NCBI RefSeq assembly: GCF_006345805.1
Contig: NW_021834477.1
Span: 1-48,376, forward strand
Direction of reading: 5' to 3'
DNA length: 48,376 bases
Origin: Octopus sinensis
Taxonomy: Eukaryota
The notes under the pieces are model-generated. The model was given only the letters and a program-made list of their open reading frames with translations. It was not told the origin of the DNA and searched no databases. Positions 37,420-48,376 of this stretch are shown piece after piece (position 1 is the stretch's first letter; each line of letters starts with the position of its first letter). The position numbers were made by a program, and so were the translations under genes.

Positions 37420-37850
37420 CTTTTCTTTCTTTTTCTTTTATTCTTTTATTTGTTGCAGTGATTTGACTGCGGTCATGCTGGAGCACCGCCTTTAGTCGAA
37501 CTAATCGACCGCAGGACTTATTCTTTGTAAGCATAATACTTATTCTATCGGTCTCTTTTGCCGAACCGCTAAGTTACGGAGGCGTAAGCACACCAGCATC
37601 GGTTGTCAAGCGATGTTGGGGGGACAAACACAGACACACAAGCACATACATACACACGTATATATATATATATATAATATATAATATATATATATATATA
37701 TATAAGTTTCCGTCTACCAAATCCACTCGCAAGGCTTTGGTCGTTTGGTCGGCTCGAGTAGAAGACACTTGCTCAAGGTGCCACGCAGTGGGACTGAACC
37801 CGGGACCATATGATTCGTAAGCAAGCTACTTACCGCACAGCCACTCTTAC
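37420..37850 (-). mobile_element. SINE family B
   Basis: Similarity to the other B copies; internal deletion. Confidence 0.88.
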
Positions 37851-38209
37851 GTCTTTATTTTCTCAACAATTTAGTCTAAAGGTCGTTGAAAAAATGCAGG
37901 CGTATTCAAAGGGGCGCAGTTGTATGTTGAAAGACTAACTAGTTAATGAAGTTGATGAATTAAGTAAATAAAAATCAATAGGAAACGAAAATACAATTGA
38001 TGTGTATGTATGTATGTATGAAAGTATGCCGTGTGAATTTATTCGCGTTATGACCCTCCCAAAATTCAACAATATCTGTTTCAACTCACGATTCACACGA
38101 AGAAACTCCAGAACAAATGCAATATAAGAATAGATAGATAGATATACATGTAAGTGCAAACACATACACACACACATATATACTCATAAGTATGCATACA
38201 TCCACACAA

Positions 38210-38241
<32 letters not shown>

Positions 38242-39268
38242 ATATATGAATAATTCTTCGATGAGAAAGAAGACAAGTAAATTGAATTGAGCGAATGAGT
38301 AAACAACGTTTCGCTAACCACAATATTGTTGGTAATACGCAAATATGATTGGTTAACATATAGGTAAATAGGTGGTTAAATTTGAAATTAGGTGGGTTCG
38401 TATGTACGCAGTCACTTTATTAAGTAGGTAATTCATTATCAATGAAAGAAAGTATATAGGTAAGTAGGTAATTAAAAAGAAAATTGTATATAGATTTTAA
38501 GGTTAAGTATTACATAAAATTGATTTACTCATACGAAACGAATAGATTTTGTAATGATTTCATGTTATTCTATGCTTTCTTATCCCTCTTGATCTAGCTA
38601 TGAAGATATTTCACGGTGAAGAGAATTTCTAAGTAATCACTGGTCCTGCAGGGAAAGTAATAGAAGAAATAAAAAAGAAAAACACCTGCCGATTTTTCTT
38701 AAACTGACACCTTTCCGTTTTATTTTTGTTTTTCTGTTATTTATTATTTTTTTTTTTTAGGCGAAGACTGGAAAACTATCACCCGCGCCAGATATCCTTC
38801 AAATTACACCCTACGATTACAAAAAAAAAAAAAATTAAAAAATCAAGAACAATTATGATAATGTAGTCCTAGATGCTCCTAATAGTAGGATCAGTAACTT
38901 TGGAAAGTTTTTTATCATAAGTAAGCTGGGATAATGATTAACAAGATTAGTCTGCACTAATCAATGGGGAGACGTTTATGTAATTTCATGAGTATGACCT
39001 ACGAGAAATAGTCGTCAAAGTATTCTTCAAATATCGTCCGATATTGATATAAAAGTGAGAGAATAGTAGGGATAATGGGATCTTTACCTTTCGACCGACA
39101 GATTTTAAAAATAACTTTTTGTAACTAAACACTTTCAAACTTCGGACACTGGTAGAATGTGTCATATAAAACATCTTTTACTCTTAGCGTTTTTGAGAAA
39201 AACGTACATTTACGAAGTTATTTCACGTTAAAGTTGTCGTATTTCAGTAATTTCAACCAATCAATGAC

Positions 39269-39495
39269 GTGTATTCAACTGAATTATATTACAGCTGTTG
39301 TTTGTCAACAAGAACTTCCGGCGGTGTATATTTCGTTTATCACTGTTATTTATGACAACCCTAACCCTAAAACCTTAAAGCTACACCAGTACAAACGCAC
39401 GAACGATGTCATAAATAACAGTGACAAACAAAAAATACACCACGGATAGTTGTTGCTGACAAACAACGGTAGTAATTTTATTCAGCTGAATACAC
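39269..39495. mobile_element. Foldback with about 88-bp arms and a loop containing CCCTAACCCTAA
   Basis: gtgtattcaactgaa..cactgttatttatgac / gtcataaataacagtg..ttcagctgaatacac. Confidence 0.75.
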
Positions 39496-39999
39496 TTGCC
39501 CAGAGACAGTGCTTTATTACACAGGAAATAGAAATACAATGGTCACAAGAGGTATCTGCCGTGATATAGACATTTGGTTTGTCATACTGTGCTGATTGCA
39601 CATGGAGGTGATCGGCATGATGTGGTTGAAAAGAGATCTGAATGATCCCCCATGTCTCGATGACCCTTTCCAGAGCTGTACCCCGCTGAGAGAGCAGAGA
39701 AATCAACAGCTTGGTGGCTCAGGATAGAAATCCTAGTTCTATACGTGCTCAGTTAAGACTAACTGAGGGACATCTATCTAGAGGAGAAGAAAAAGATAGA
39801 AAAGAATGAGATGTAATAATAGAAGCAGCAGAATCAAAACGAATAGACCCCTTTAGCTAGCACTGCTTCCAGAGCACTACTGGCCGCAGCTACCGAAATA
39901 GCCTGATCGAAAGCTAAGATATCGCCTCTGCCTCAGTGCTATCGCCACTACGGACCAACGATGAGATATGGCACTAAGTCAAAGGGTTTTCTTTCTCAG

Positions 40000-40599
40000 A
40001 GCAGGACTGCTCAGATGCTACGTGTTCCGATACCCTGTCTTACGGTAATAGAAAACGGTAAAAAACTAAACACGTGTGAAGAACTTTTGGGGATATTAAA
40101 AAAAGTATGTGTGCGTGCGTGTTTGTTGGGGTGCGTGTATCATATTAAGATTCAGATTCAGGTGAATAAGGCTCTTAAATGGTAAGGCATCGGGTTGGGT
40201 CACAATTAAAATGCATACACAGCAACTATAGAAGAATACAAACGCTGGTACGGAATTTCAGGCAGAAATATATTCAGGTTATGTATACAATTAATTGAAA
40301 CCAACTGAGTATATCCTCAGCCTCTGGGCCAATTCATAGCATATAAACAGCGGATGAAAGAAAAAGAGAGGTCTCAGATAATAGGTAAGCCAAAAATAAA
40401 TGAATAAAATAAAATGAAAATGTTTGTAGACCATCACAAATTATTTACTGTGTACAATCTGTCAGAATATGCTTCATGCAAGCCAGGAAAGAGGGGAAAA
40501 AAATCTATTACATTCGTTCAGTCAGCAAAACTGCCAGCAGCCATCATCTCGCCGGCGAGAGAACTTGAGTATCGGCACGTTCTTACTGACCCTAAATAA
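40000..40599 (+). CDS. Candidate five-exon coding block (40000-40104, 40156 or 40162-40181, 40223-40277, 40321-40384, 40430-40599) with tiny introns
   Basis: Donors GTatgt, GTaagg, GTtatg, GTaagc; all phases compatible. Product SRTAQMLRVPIPCLTVIENGKKLNTCEELLGILKK(IQ)VNKALKCNYRRIQTLVRNFRQKYIQPLGQFIAYKQRMKEKERSQIIDHHKLFTVYNLSEYASCKPGKRGKKSITFVQSAKLPAAIISPARELEYRHVLTDPK*. Confidence 0.35.
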
Positions 40600-40616
40600 A
40601 TTATGTGCGTGTGTGT

Positions 40617-40699
<83 letters not shown>

Positions 40700-40802
40700 G
40701 TGTGTACGTACGTGTGTCCCCATGTTCTGTAACCCACCTTTTTATTTGACACGTTTCGCAGAGAACCATGAGTCCAATAAGATATTAATTATCGCTCTTG
40801 TT

Positions 40803-40867
40803 GACATCATCGTCATCATCGTCATCATCATCATCATCATCGTATCATCATCATCATCATCATCATC

Positions 40868-40898
<31 letters not shown>

Positions 40899-40948
40899 AA
40901 TCATCATCATCATCATCAAAATCATCGTCATCATCATCATCATCATCG

Positions 40949-40985
<37 letters not shown>

Positions 40986-41032
40986 TATCATCGTCATCAT
41001 CATCATCATCATCGTTCATCATCATCATTCAT

Positions 41033-41065
<33 letters not shown>

Positions 41066-41462
41066 GTTCATCATCATCATCATCATATCATTATCATCAT
41101 CAGTCATCATCCAATCATCGTCATATCATCATCATCATATTCATCATCAATCATCATCATCATCATCATCATATCATCGTCATCATCATCATCATCATCG
41201 TCATCATCATCATCATCATTATTCATCAATCATCATCATCATCATCATCATCGTCATCATCATCATCATCTTCATCATCATCATTATCATCATCATCGTC
41301 ATCATCATCATCATCATTATCATCATCATCATCATCAATCATCGTCATCATCATCATCATCATTATCATCATCATCATCATCATCATCATCATCGTCATC
41401 ATCATCATCATCATTATCATCATCATCATATCATCATCATCGTCATCATCATCATCATCATT

Positions 41463-41497
<35 letters not shown>

Positions 41498-41672
41498 TAT
41501 CATCCGTCGTCATCATCATCCAATCATCGTCATCATCATCATCATCATTATCATCATCATCATCCATCATCATCATCATCGTCATCATCATCATCATCAT
41601 TATCATCATATCATCATTCATCATCATCGTCATCATCATCATCATCATTATCATCACATCATCATCATCATT

Positions 41673-41705
<33 letters not shown>

Positions 41706-41790
41706 GTCATCATCATTATCATCATCATCATTAATCATCATCATCAAAATCATCATCATCATCATCAAAATCATCATCATCATCATCATT
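40803..41790. repeat. About 1-kb degenerate (CAT)n array
   Basis: Direct reading; source of the spurious poly-His/Ile/Ser/Asp ORFs. Confidence 0.97.
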
Positions 41791-42112
41791 GCTTCTCTAC
41801 CAAAAAAAAAAAATTACTATTACCACTTTTGATATTGTTGCATTTCTTTCATTTTCTTTTTTTCTTTCTTTCTTTTTTTACTCAATGTAATTTCATAGTT
41901 TTTCTTTTTTTTTTCTTCTTTTTTTTCATTTTGTTCATGATTTTATTTCTAATTCCTTTGTTGTCGTTGTTATTGTTCTTCTTCTTCACGTTCTTGCTGC
42001 TGCTGCTGCTGCTGCTGTTGTTACTGTTGCATGCTGTAGTATTATAAATTTTGTTTTTGTTTTTTCCTTTTCTTTTCTGCTGATAAGGATTTTATATTTG
42101 TGTGTTTGTAGC

Positions 42113-42154
<42 letters not shown>

Positions 42155-42424
42155 CCTTACTATTATTGCCTCTTTTAGAGTTGTTGTTATTTCTATTGTT
42201 GGCCTGTTTCAGAAGCCATTGTTGATTATTACAATGGCTTTCGCTATTTCTTTACCAGCCTTCGATTTTACTTTGTTATTTTGTTGATTATGTTCTTAAT
42301 GGGCCCCCACCTCCATTGCTATTGTTCTTATTGCTGCAGTTGTTGTCGGTGTTGTTGTCTCTGTTGCTGTTGTCGGTGGTGTTGTCTTTTGGTTTTTGTC
42401 ATCCTTTGCATTTGCTGTCACCAG

Positions 42425-42559
42425 CGTCATAACCTGTGCTACCGGAACTTCAAAAGAGGAAGTAAAACCATCGATTTTGTCATTCGTTTGGAACCAATGA
42501 AAATCTATCAAGAAGGATTTTTACGCAATCGGAAAAGAAACGCGGGTTTTAGATTTTAG
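42425..42559 (+). CDS. Candidate exon, RHNLCYRNFKRGSKTIDFVIRLEPMKIYQEGFLRNRKRNAGFRF*
   Basis: Pyrimidine-rich acceptor ending caccAG; unique island in low-complexity DNA; no clear donor. Confidence 0.2.
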   Translation, partial: RHNLCYRNFKRGSKTIDFVIRLEPMKIYQEGFLRNRKRNAGFRF

Positions 42560-43069
42560 AAATTGTTCAAAATCTAAAGTTAGGGAAAAGAAAAAGATTA
42601 TGTTCCTACATAAAAATAAAACAATTTTTTTTTTGGCTTTCTGCCACAATTGCAGCCAATATGCATATTGCATTTGTTGTTGCATCTGTTATTAGATTGC
42701 TGCTATTTTTGTTGTCTTCTTCTTCTTCTTCTTCTTCTTCTTCTTCTTCTTCTTCTTCTTCTTCTTCTTCTTCTTCTTCTTCTTCTTCTTCTCCAATCAG
42801 GACTCACGCCATTTGTCACAAAGAATAATCTCTAATTCGAGCCTACTCTAAGCTACTAAGAATGCATGTGGCAACTTGAAGAGCCACCCACCACACGCGA
42901 TAGACTGGTGGTTGCACGGGCGCGAAAGCTACGTTGTTATACTCAACCCATAAACGGTGACTTTTAACGGGTGGAGAGCTGAACCATCCTGGGATACAGA
43001 GGATTCGCAATCTAGATTAGGGCCTGAAAGTTTACCACAGCATAGTAGGTTACACTATAGTTCCCCTGC

Positions 43070-43252
43070 TATGTCGGAAGAAAGAGTGAGAGAAAGTTGT
43101 GGTGAAAGTGTACAGCAGGGTTCACCATCCCTCACAGCCGGAGCCTCATGGAGCTTAGGTGTTTTTTTTTTCAATAAACACTCACAATGCCGAAATCGTG
43201 TTCTTACGACCGCGAGACCGCTACTCTAACCACTGGGCCATTGCGTCTCCAC
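43070..43252 (-). mobile_element. SINE, family D related, internally deleted
   Basis: tRNA head gagacgcaatggcccagtggttagag plus body matching 28080-28160. Confidence 0.7.
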
Positions 43253-43467
43253 TGTTGTTGTTATCGTGGCGGCGGCGGCGGTGGCGGTGGTGGCGGTGGT
43301 GGCGGTGGTAGCGTTGGTGGTGATGTAGCTGTTGGTCCTATTGTAGTTGTTACCGTAGTGGCGGTTAGTCATTGTTTAACTCCAGGGCAGCTGTGACTAC
43401 GAAGACTTAAAAAGCCGACATGCGGATATGATCCCACGAATGTAAATGAAGGAGGCAGATCATTACT

Positions 43468-43881
43468 TATTTCTTTACTGCCCACAAGGAGATAAACATA
43501 GAGGGGACAAACAAGGACAGATAAAGGGAATGTTGATTACATCGACCCCAGTGAGTCACTGGTACTTAATTTATGACCTCGAAAGGATGAAAAGCAAAGT
43601 CGACCTCGGCGGTATTTGAACTCACAACGTAATGGCAGACGAAATATATATTTCTTTACTACCCACAAGGAGCTAAACATAGAGGGGACAATCAAGGACA
43701 GACAAACGAATTAAGTCGATTATATCGACTCCAGTGTGTAACTGGTACTTATTTAATCGACCCCGAAAGGATGAAAAGCAAAGTCGACCTCGGCGGAATT
43801 TGAACTCAGAACGTAGCGGCAGATGAAAGACCACTATGCATTTCGCCTGGCGTGCTAACGTTTCTGCCAGCTCGCCGTCTT
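43468..43881 (-). mobile_element. Family A SINE dimer bounded by one TSD pair
   Basis: 16-bp TSD gaggcagatcattact at 43452-43467 and 43882-43897. Confidence 0.92.
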
Positions 43882-44680
43882 GAGGCAGATCATTACTGTC
43901 ATGGATATTGTTAAGGTGATTTTGAGCTTATTTGAATCTGAGATTTGATCGTAAAAGGAGACAATAAGACACTGCAACGAACTAAGCCGGGTATGCCACA
44001 AGCTCAAGCCATTCTGCTACAAAACAACGATAACCAGAATCATCTCCAACAACAACAATAAAAACTACAGCAGCAGCGATAACACCAACAAAATAATGGT
44101 TGCAAATTTTGACAAAGAGCCAGTAGTTTTTATTTTTAGGAGAAGGAGAAGTCAATAACATCGATCCAATTTATTCAAGGATACTCATTTCATCGACTCC
44201 CCAAAGTATGAAAAGCAAAGCAGACCTCGGTGGAAAGCAACACAAAAAATGATATTGAACATTTAATCAATGGTCTATTTTTTTATGTCGTCGCAAGGCG
44301 TATCACAAATAGCAGCCAAACCTCCCTCAAAGTACACCATATCTTTAACAGGGTTAGGACACTTAAAATAAGGTATCTCTGGATACTTTATTTAGGTATT
44401 CACATATGAATATCTAAAAAACAAAAAAAAACGAAACAAAAGAAGACGCAAAATATTTTTGCCTGAAACCTCTTAATAAAGCAGGTCCGTTCAGGGGATA
44501 AGGGGCGTCAACAATAACAACGTTATCTAAAATGCATGATTTTCATGTCCACATAAAGATGTTTATATATATATATATATACTTGGAAATGGATGCGTGG
44601 CGTTCAATGAAATAATAATATAAATAATAAATATAATATATATTTGTGATGTATATGGGTATGTATATATCTATATATAT

Positions 44681-44764
<84 letters not shown>

Positions 44765-44819
44765 ATAGAGAGAGAGAGAGAAGAGAGAGAGGAGAGAGAG
44801 AAAGGCATATTTGGGTACA

Positions 44820-45130
44820 GGGCATCACCAACAGTAAACAACATGAAATACGAAAACAAATGAGTTAAATACGCAAATAAGGAGAGAGAAAAAGGACAAG
44901 TAATACAAAGAATGACCCTTCATCAGTTGTCGGCTGTCTATCCGCTCCCCGTTTCGAGCAATCAACGACAATATGAGTCTTCGAAGGCAGTTGCTCCTAT
45001 AAATACCAAAATAAAATTTTGGATGTATGGAGAGTCAAAGTTAGGAACAACAACAGGACAGTGGAGACATTCAGGGAAACTGAACGAAAACAAATATAGA
45101 GGATCGTTAGATTTCAATGAGGAGGGGAAA
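44820..45130 (-). mobile_element. Probable Penelope-like terminal remnant
   Basis: Minus strand has ..gctcGAAAC.. and ..aaCTGATGAaggg.. motifs. Assignment is inferred. Confidence 0.3.
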
Positions 45131-45691
45131 TAGTGAATGCTGAGAGAAATATTTTCTTTGAAAAGAGAAAAGATAGAAAAGAGAGATATAGATGTCCAGT
45201 CCTTAGAACGTCCGTGCGAGAAAGAAAGATGAACGATGATCACGTGTGAGCAACGAGAGAGAGAGAGAGAGAAAGAGAAAGAGGGTGAGAGAGAGAGAGA
45301 AAAAGAGAAAGAGGGTGAGAGAGAGAGAAAAAGAGAAAGAGGGTGAGAGAGAGAGAGAGACAGATGATGAATTACTTGTACTTTTTTCTATCGTTATTTG
45401 CATATTTGCTTTCGTATTTCATGTTGTTTACTGTTGATGTCTTGTACCCAGATATGCAATATATATATTATTTATGTTATATTATATATATACATATATA
45501 CATATACATATATACATATACATACATATATATATATATATATATAATACATATATCTTATATATACATATATATATATAGATATATATATACATATATG
45601 TAATATATATAAGCTAGTACTTAAAATCAAAGTTAGGTAAGAGATTTTAAGTTGTAGTATCGGAACATTATTGTGGGTATCTCCCTTGTAG

Positions 45692-45768
45692 CGTGCCTGT
45701 AGAACACGTTCTCCGCTTGCGGCTACCATACGCCATCCAGGGTAGTGTACTTTCGTTGCTGGGTGTAC
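45692..45768 (+). CDS. Candidate exon, VPVEHVLRLRLPYAIQGSVLSLLGV (phase 2-1)
   Basis: Acceptor ctcccttgtAG, donor GTaaga at 45769, GC-richer island. Confidence 0.3.
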
Positions 45769-45944
45769 GTAAGAAATTATTCAGTGCACGTTGAGTGTAT
45801 TTTAAATGATTAATGCGGAAGTCAGAGTTTACTGGAAGATTTATTTAGGACAACGGTTGTTGTAAGCCGAAATGATTGTTGTCCTAGATAAAGGTTCCAG
45901 TACAATTTCTTTAGAACATATATATATATATATATGGTAAAATA

Positions 45945-46142
45945 AATGCTCCCTTTTAAAGCCTAGCCAGGCTCATGGGCCCGGTTTCGCGGTTTCAATG
46001 GCGTATGTGTTCCCCGCACTGGAGCAACATGAAATGAAGTGTTTTGCTCAAGAACACAACGCGTCGCCCGGTCCAGGAATCGAAACCACAATCTTACGAG
46101 CATGATGCTGACACACCCTAACCACTAAGACCACGCGCCTCA
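45945..46142 (-). mobile_element. SINE family D, internally deleted
   Basis: tRNA head plus tail ccgggcccatgagcctggctaggct shared with 28230-28265. Confidence 0.8.
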
Positions 46143-46182
46143 ACTTACATATATATATATATAATATATAATATATAATATA

Positions 46183-46233
<51 letters not shown>

Positions 46234-47038
46234 TACACACACACACACACAAAATATGCATGAATGTATTGACTCCAGTTTATAATTGATGTTTATTTTA
46301 CTGATCCTTAATAGCATTTGTTGCATAATACATCTCTACAATATTCTTGAACATGATCAATCAAATATTTGAAACTATGGAATGAGCAGCAAGCAATGCA
46401 TATATTTCGTTTTGTTTGCGTTCAATGTGTAATTTTAGGATGTTGTTTTCAATATATGTCTGTTCAGGTCTCTCTTTTTATTTTTGTAGTAGCAATGCAG
46501 ATTGTATTATTTGAGCTTATTATAGCGATATAAGTTGTAGTGCGACCATTGTTGGTACCTGTGACGATGCTCCTAGTTACAGTGTATATTGTTTTACAGT
46601 TAGATTTGTGGCTTATATGATAATTATATATTTACCATTTCTTATGTTTTTCTATGATTTATTTCCTTGTTTAGTTATTTGATTCTAAGATTTATTTCAG
46701 TTTTGAATGTTTTCAGTATATTGTGTTAGAGATTGACTTCGGCATTTGTGATGTTGACTATATCTGGCGAGTAAATACGTTTGTGTTTTCATGTTGCCAT
46801 GTTTTGATGCTTCCATAATTGTTGCATTGAATATGTGAATGTATGCGCTGCAGTGTCTATACTGATGACAAAGATGTTGATGAATGCTGAAAAGTCTTAT
46901 TTCTATTTCATGAAGAAACTTGTCCCACTATGCTATATTTCTTTCTTTTCGTGTATAAAAGTGTTTTTTGCCTTCTTTATTTGATGTGTGAGTGTATTAT
47001 GATGATAATTCATAGGTGATCTGAAGAAATCTTTGCCA

Positions 47039-47440
47039 TAGGAGTGGCTATGTTGTAAGTAGCTTGCTTACCAACTACATGTTTCTGGGTTCATTCCCAC
47101 CGCGTGGCACCTTGGGCAAGTGTCTTCTACTATAGCCTCGGGCGACCACAGCCTTGTAAGTGGATTTGGTAGGCGTAAACTGAAAGAAGCCCGTCGTGAT
47201 ATATATATATATGTATGTGTGTGTATATGTTTGTGCGTCTGTGTTTGTCCCCCCAACATCGCTTGACAACCGATGCTGATGTGTTTACGTCCCTGTAACT
47301 TAGCGGTTCGGCAGAAGAGATCGATAGGAAAAGTACTAGTCTTATAAAGAATAAAACCTGGGATCGATTTGCTCGATTAAAGTCGGTGCTCCAGCATGGC
47401 CACAGTCACATGACTGAAACAAGTAAAAGAGTAAAACAGT
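47039..47440 (+). mobile_element. SINE family B
   Basis: Full head (aggagtggctatgttgtaagtagc) to gagtaaaa tail. Confidence 0.9.
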
Positions 47441-48376
47441 AAATGTTTGTGATAACAACTAGTTGTGAAGCGTAGATTGTGACATTTTGGAAAATGATGA
47501 CAATGGGTTGCTGAGGTATGTGTGTTGATATGGATTGTTTAGTATGAAGTCAGTTACGTTGTTATTGTATTATATTTTTTGCCTTTTTGTACCATTTGAA
47601 AAACACAATATTTTTGGGTGCAATCAATTCGATTCCAATGATGTGTATGTGCGGATTTGAACTCAGAGCGTAAAGCGAAGGAACAACTACTGCTTCAGAA
47701 TTTTTCTGACGCTCTTAATGATTTTCGATTTAGACACAAGGGCAGCACTTTTGACTGATATTTTATTTTATCGAAGCCAAAAACAAATAAGATCCGCAAA
47801 GTTGATCTCAGCAGGGTTTCGTCTCAGAACGTAAAGAGGTGGAACAAAAATTGCAAAGCGTTTTTCCGACGCTCTAATGATTCTATTAGCCGACCACCTA
47901 AGAATTAAACTTCAAGCGTTTCAGCCCTTGTGATTTAAGGATTATTTCGATACCATTTTTTTGTTGGTCGAACGATTTAAACTAGAGAGTCTCTCACTGG
48001 TATGTTGATGCAAAGTGTGGTTGTTGTTATTGCAGTTCTAACGACCAGCGTTGTTGTCCTTGACATTGTTATTGCTGTGTTGGTGGCGGTTGTCGTTATC
48101 GTATCGCGAGGTGCTTTATAAATTATCCGAAACACAAACATATTCCCCTGAAAAATTCATGAACACAACGGCATACAAACATATATACATATACACATAT
48201 ATGCAAACGCCCAGGTACATATACACACATAAAGATTTTTTATAGGAATTCCAGATACAAGCACTTAATATTTAGATGTATCTCATCCCTTTATCTTTCG
48301 CTCTCTCTCACTTTATCTCTCTCTTTCTCTTTCTTTTTCTCAATTTCTCTCCCTTTCTTTTTCTTTCTCTTTACAT

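Noticed and set aside
38761-38880. Apparent exon EDWKTITRARYPSNYTLRLQ after a strong T tract
   Set aside because: No donor; runs into a poly(A) tract; resembles a repeat tail partly seen near 44310-44390.
39620-40060. Long Ser-rich + frame as a CpG-decayed ORF
   Set aside because: About 5-6 stops in 150 codons is what random sequence would give.
40000-40599. Contaminant contig explanation for the tiny-intron block
   Set aside because: It is contiguous with host-type microsatellites and repeats on both sides. A chimeric join cannot be excluded without reads.
40605-42047. 480-aa and 344-aa His/Ile/Ser-rich ORFs and antisense poly-Asp/Met ORFs
   Set aside because: Translations of (CAT)n and (GT)n repeats, which lack stops in most frames.
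46400-47030. Possible decayed Penelope RT/GIY-YIG coding remnant on the minus strand
   Set aside because: No motif could be read with confidence.

Overview
AT-rich, repeat-dense eukaryotic DNA, most likely cephalopod (Octopus-like). That assignment is inferred from the microsatellite load and the tRNA-derived SINE families. Most of the window is intron-like or intergenic. It contains a 3.6-kb 5'-truncated, inactivated R4/Dong-clade LINE inserted in an (AAT)n tract, 3' fragments of CR1, RTE and probable Tx1 and Penelope-like elements, more than 25 SINE copies of about 4 families, several MITEs and foldbacks, and long simple repeats. Nearly all long ORFs in the supplied track are microsatellite artefacts. 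One well-supported coding exon (1214-1395, +) and several weaker phase-compatible exons suggest an unidentified + strand gene. The main observations worth follow-up are: (i) a candidate exon with one in-frame UAG in an ADAR-preferred context; (ii) five exons joined by apparent 41-57 nt introns near 40 kb; (iii) Penelope-type minimal hammerhead-like motifs; (iv) a SINE that inserts as multimers, including a dimer bounded by one TSD pair; (v) many long inverted repeats. All exon models were read by eye and need RNA-seq or homology confirmation.
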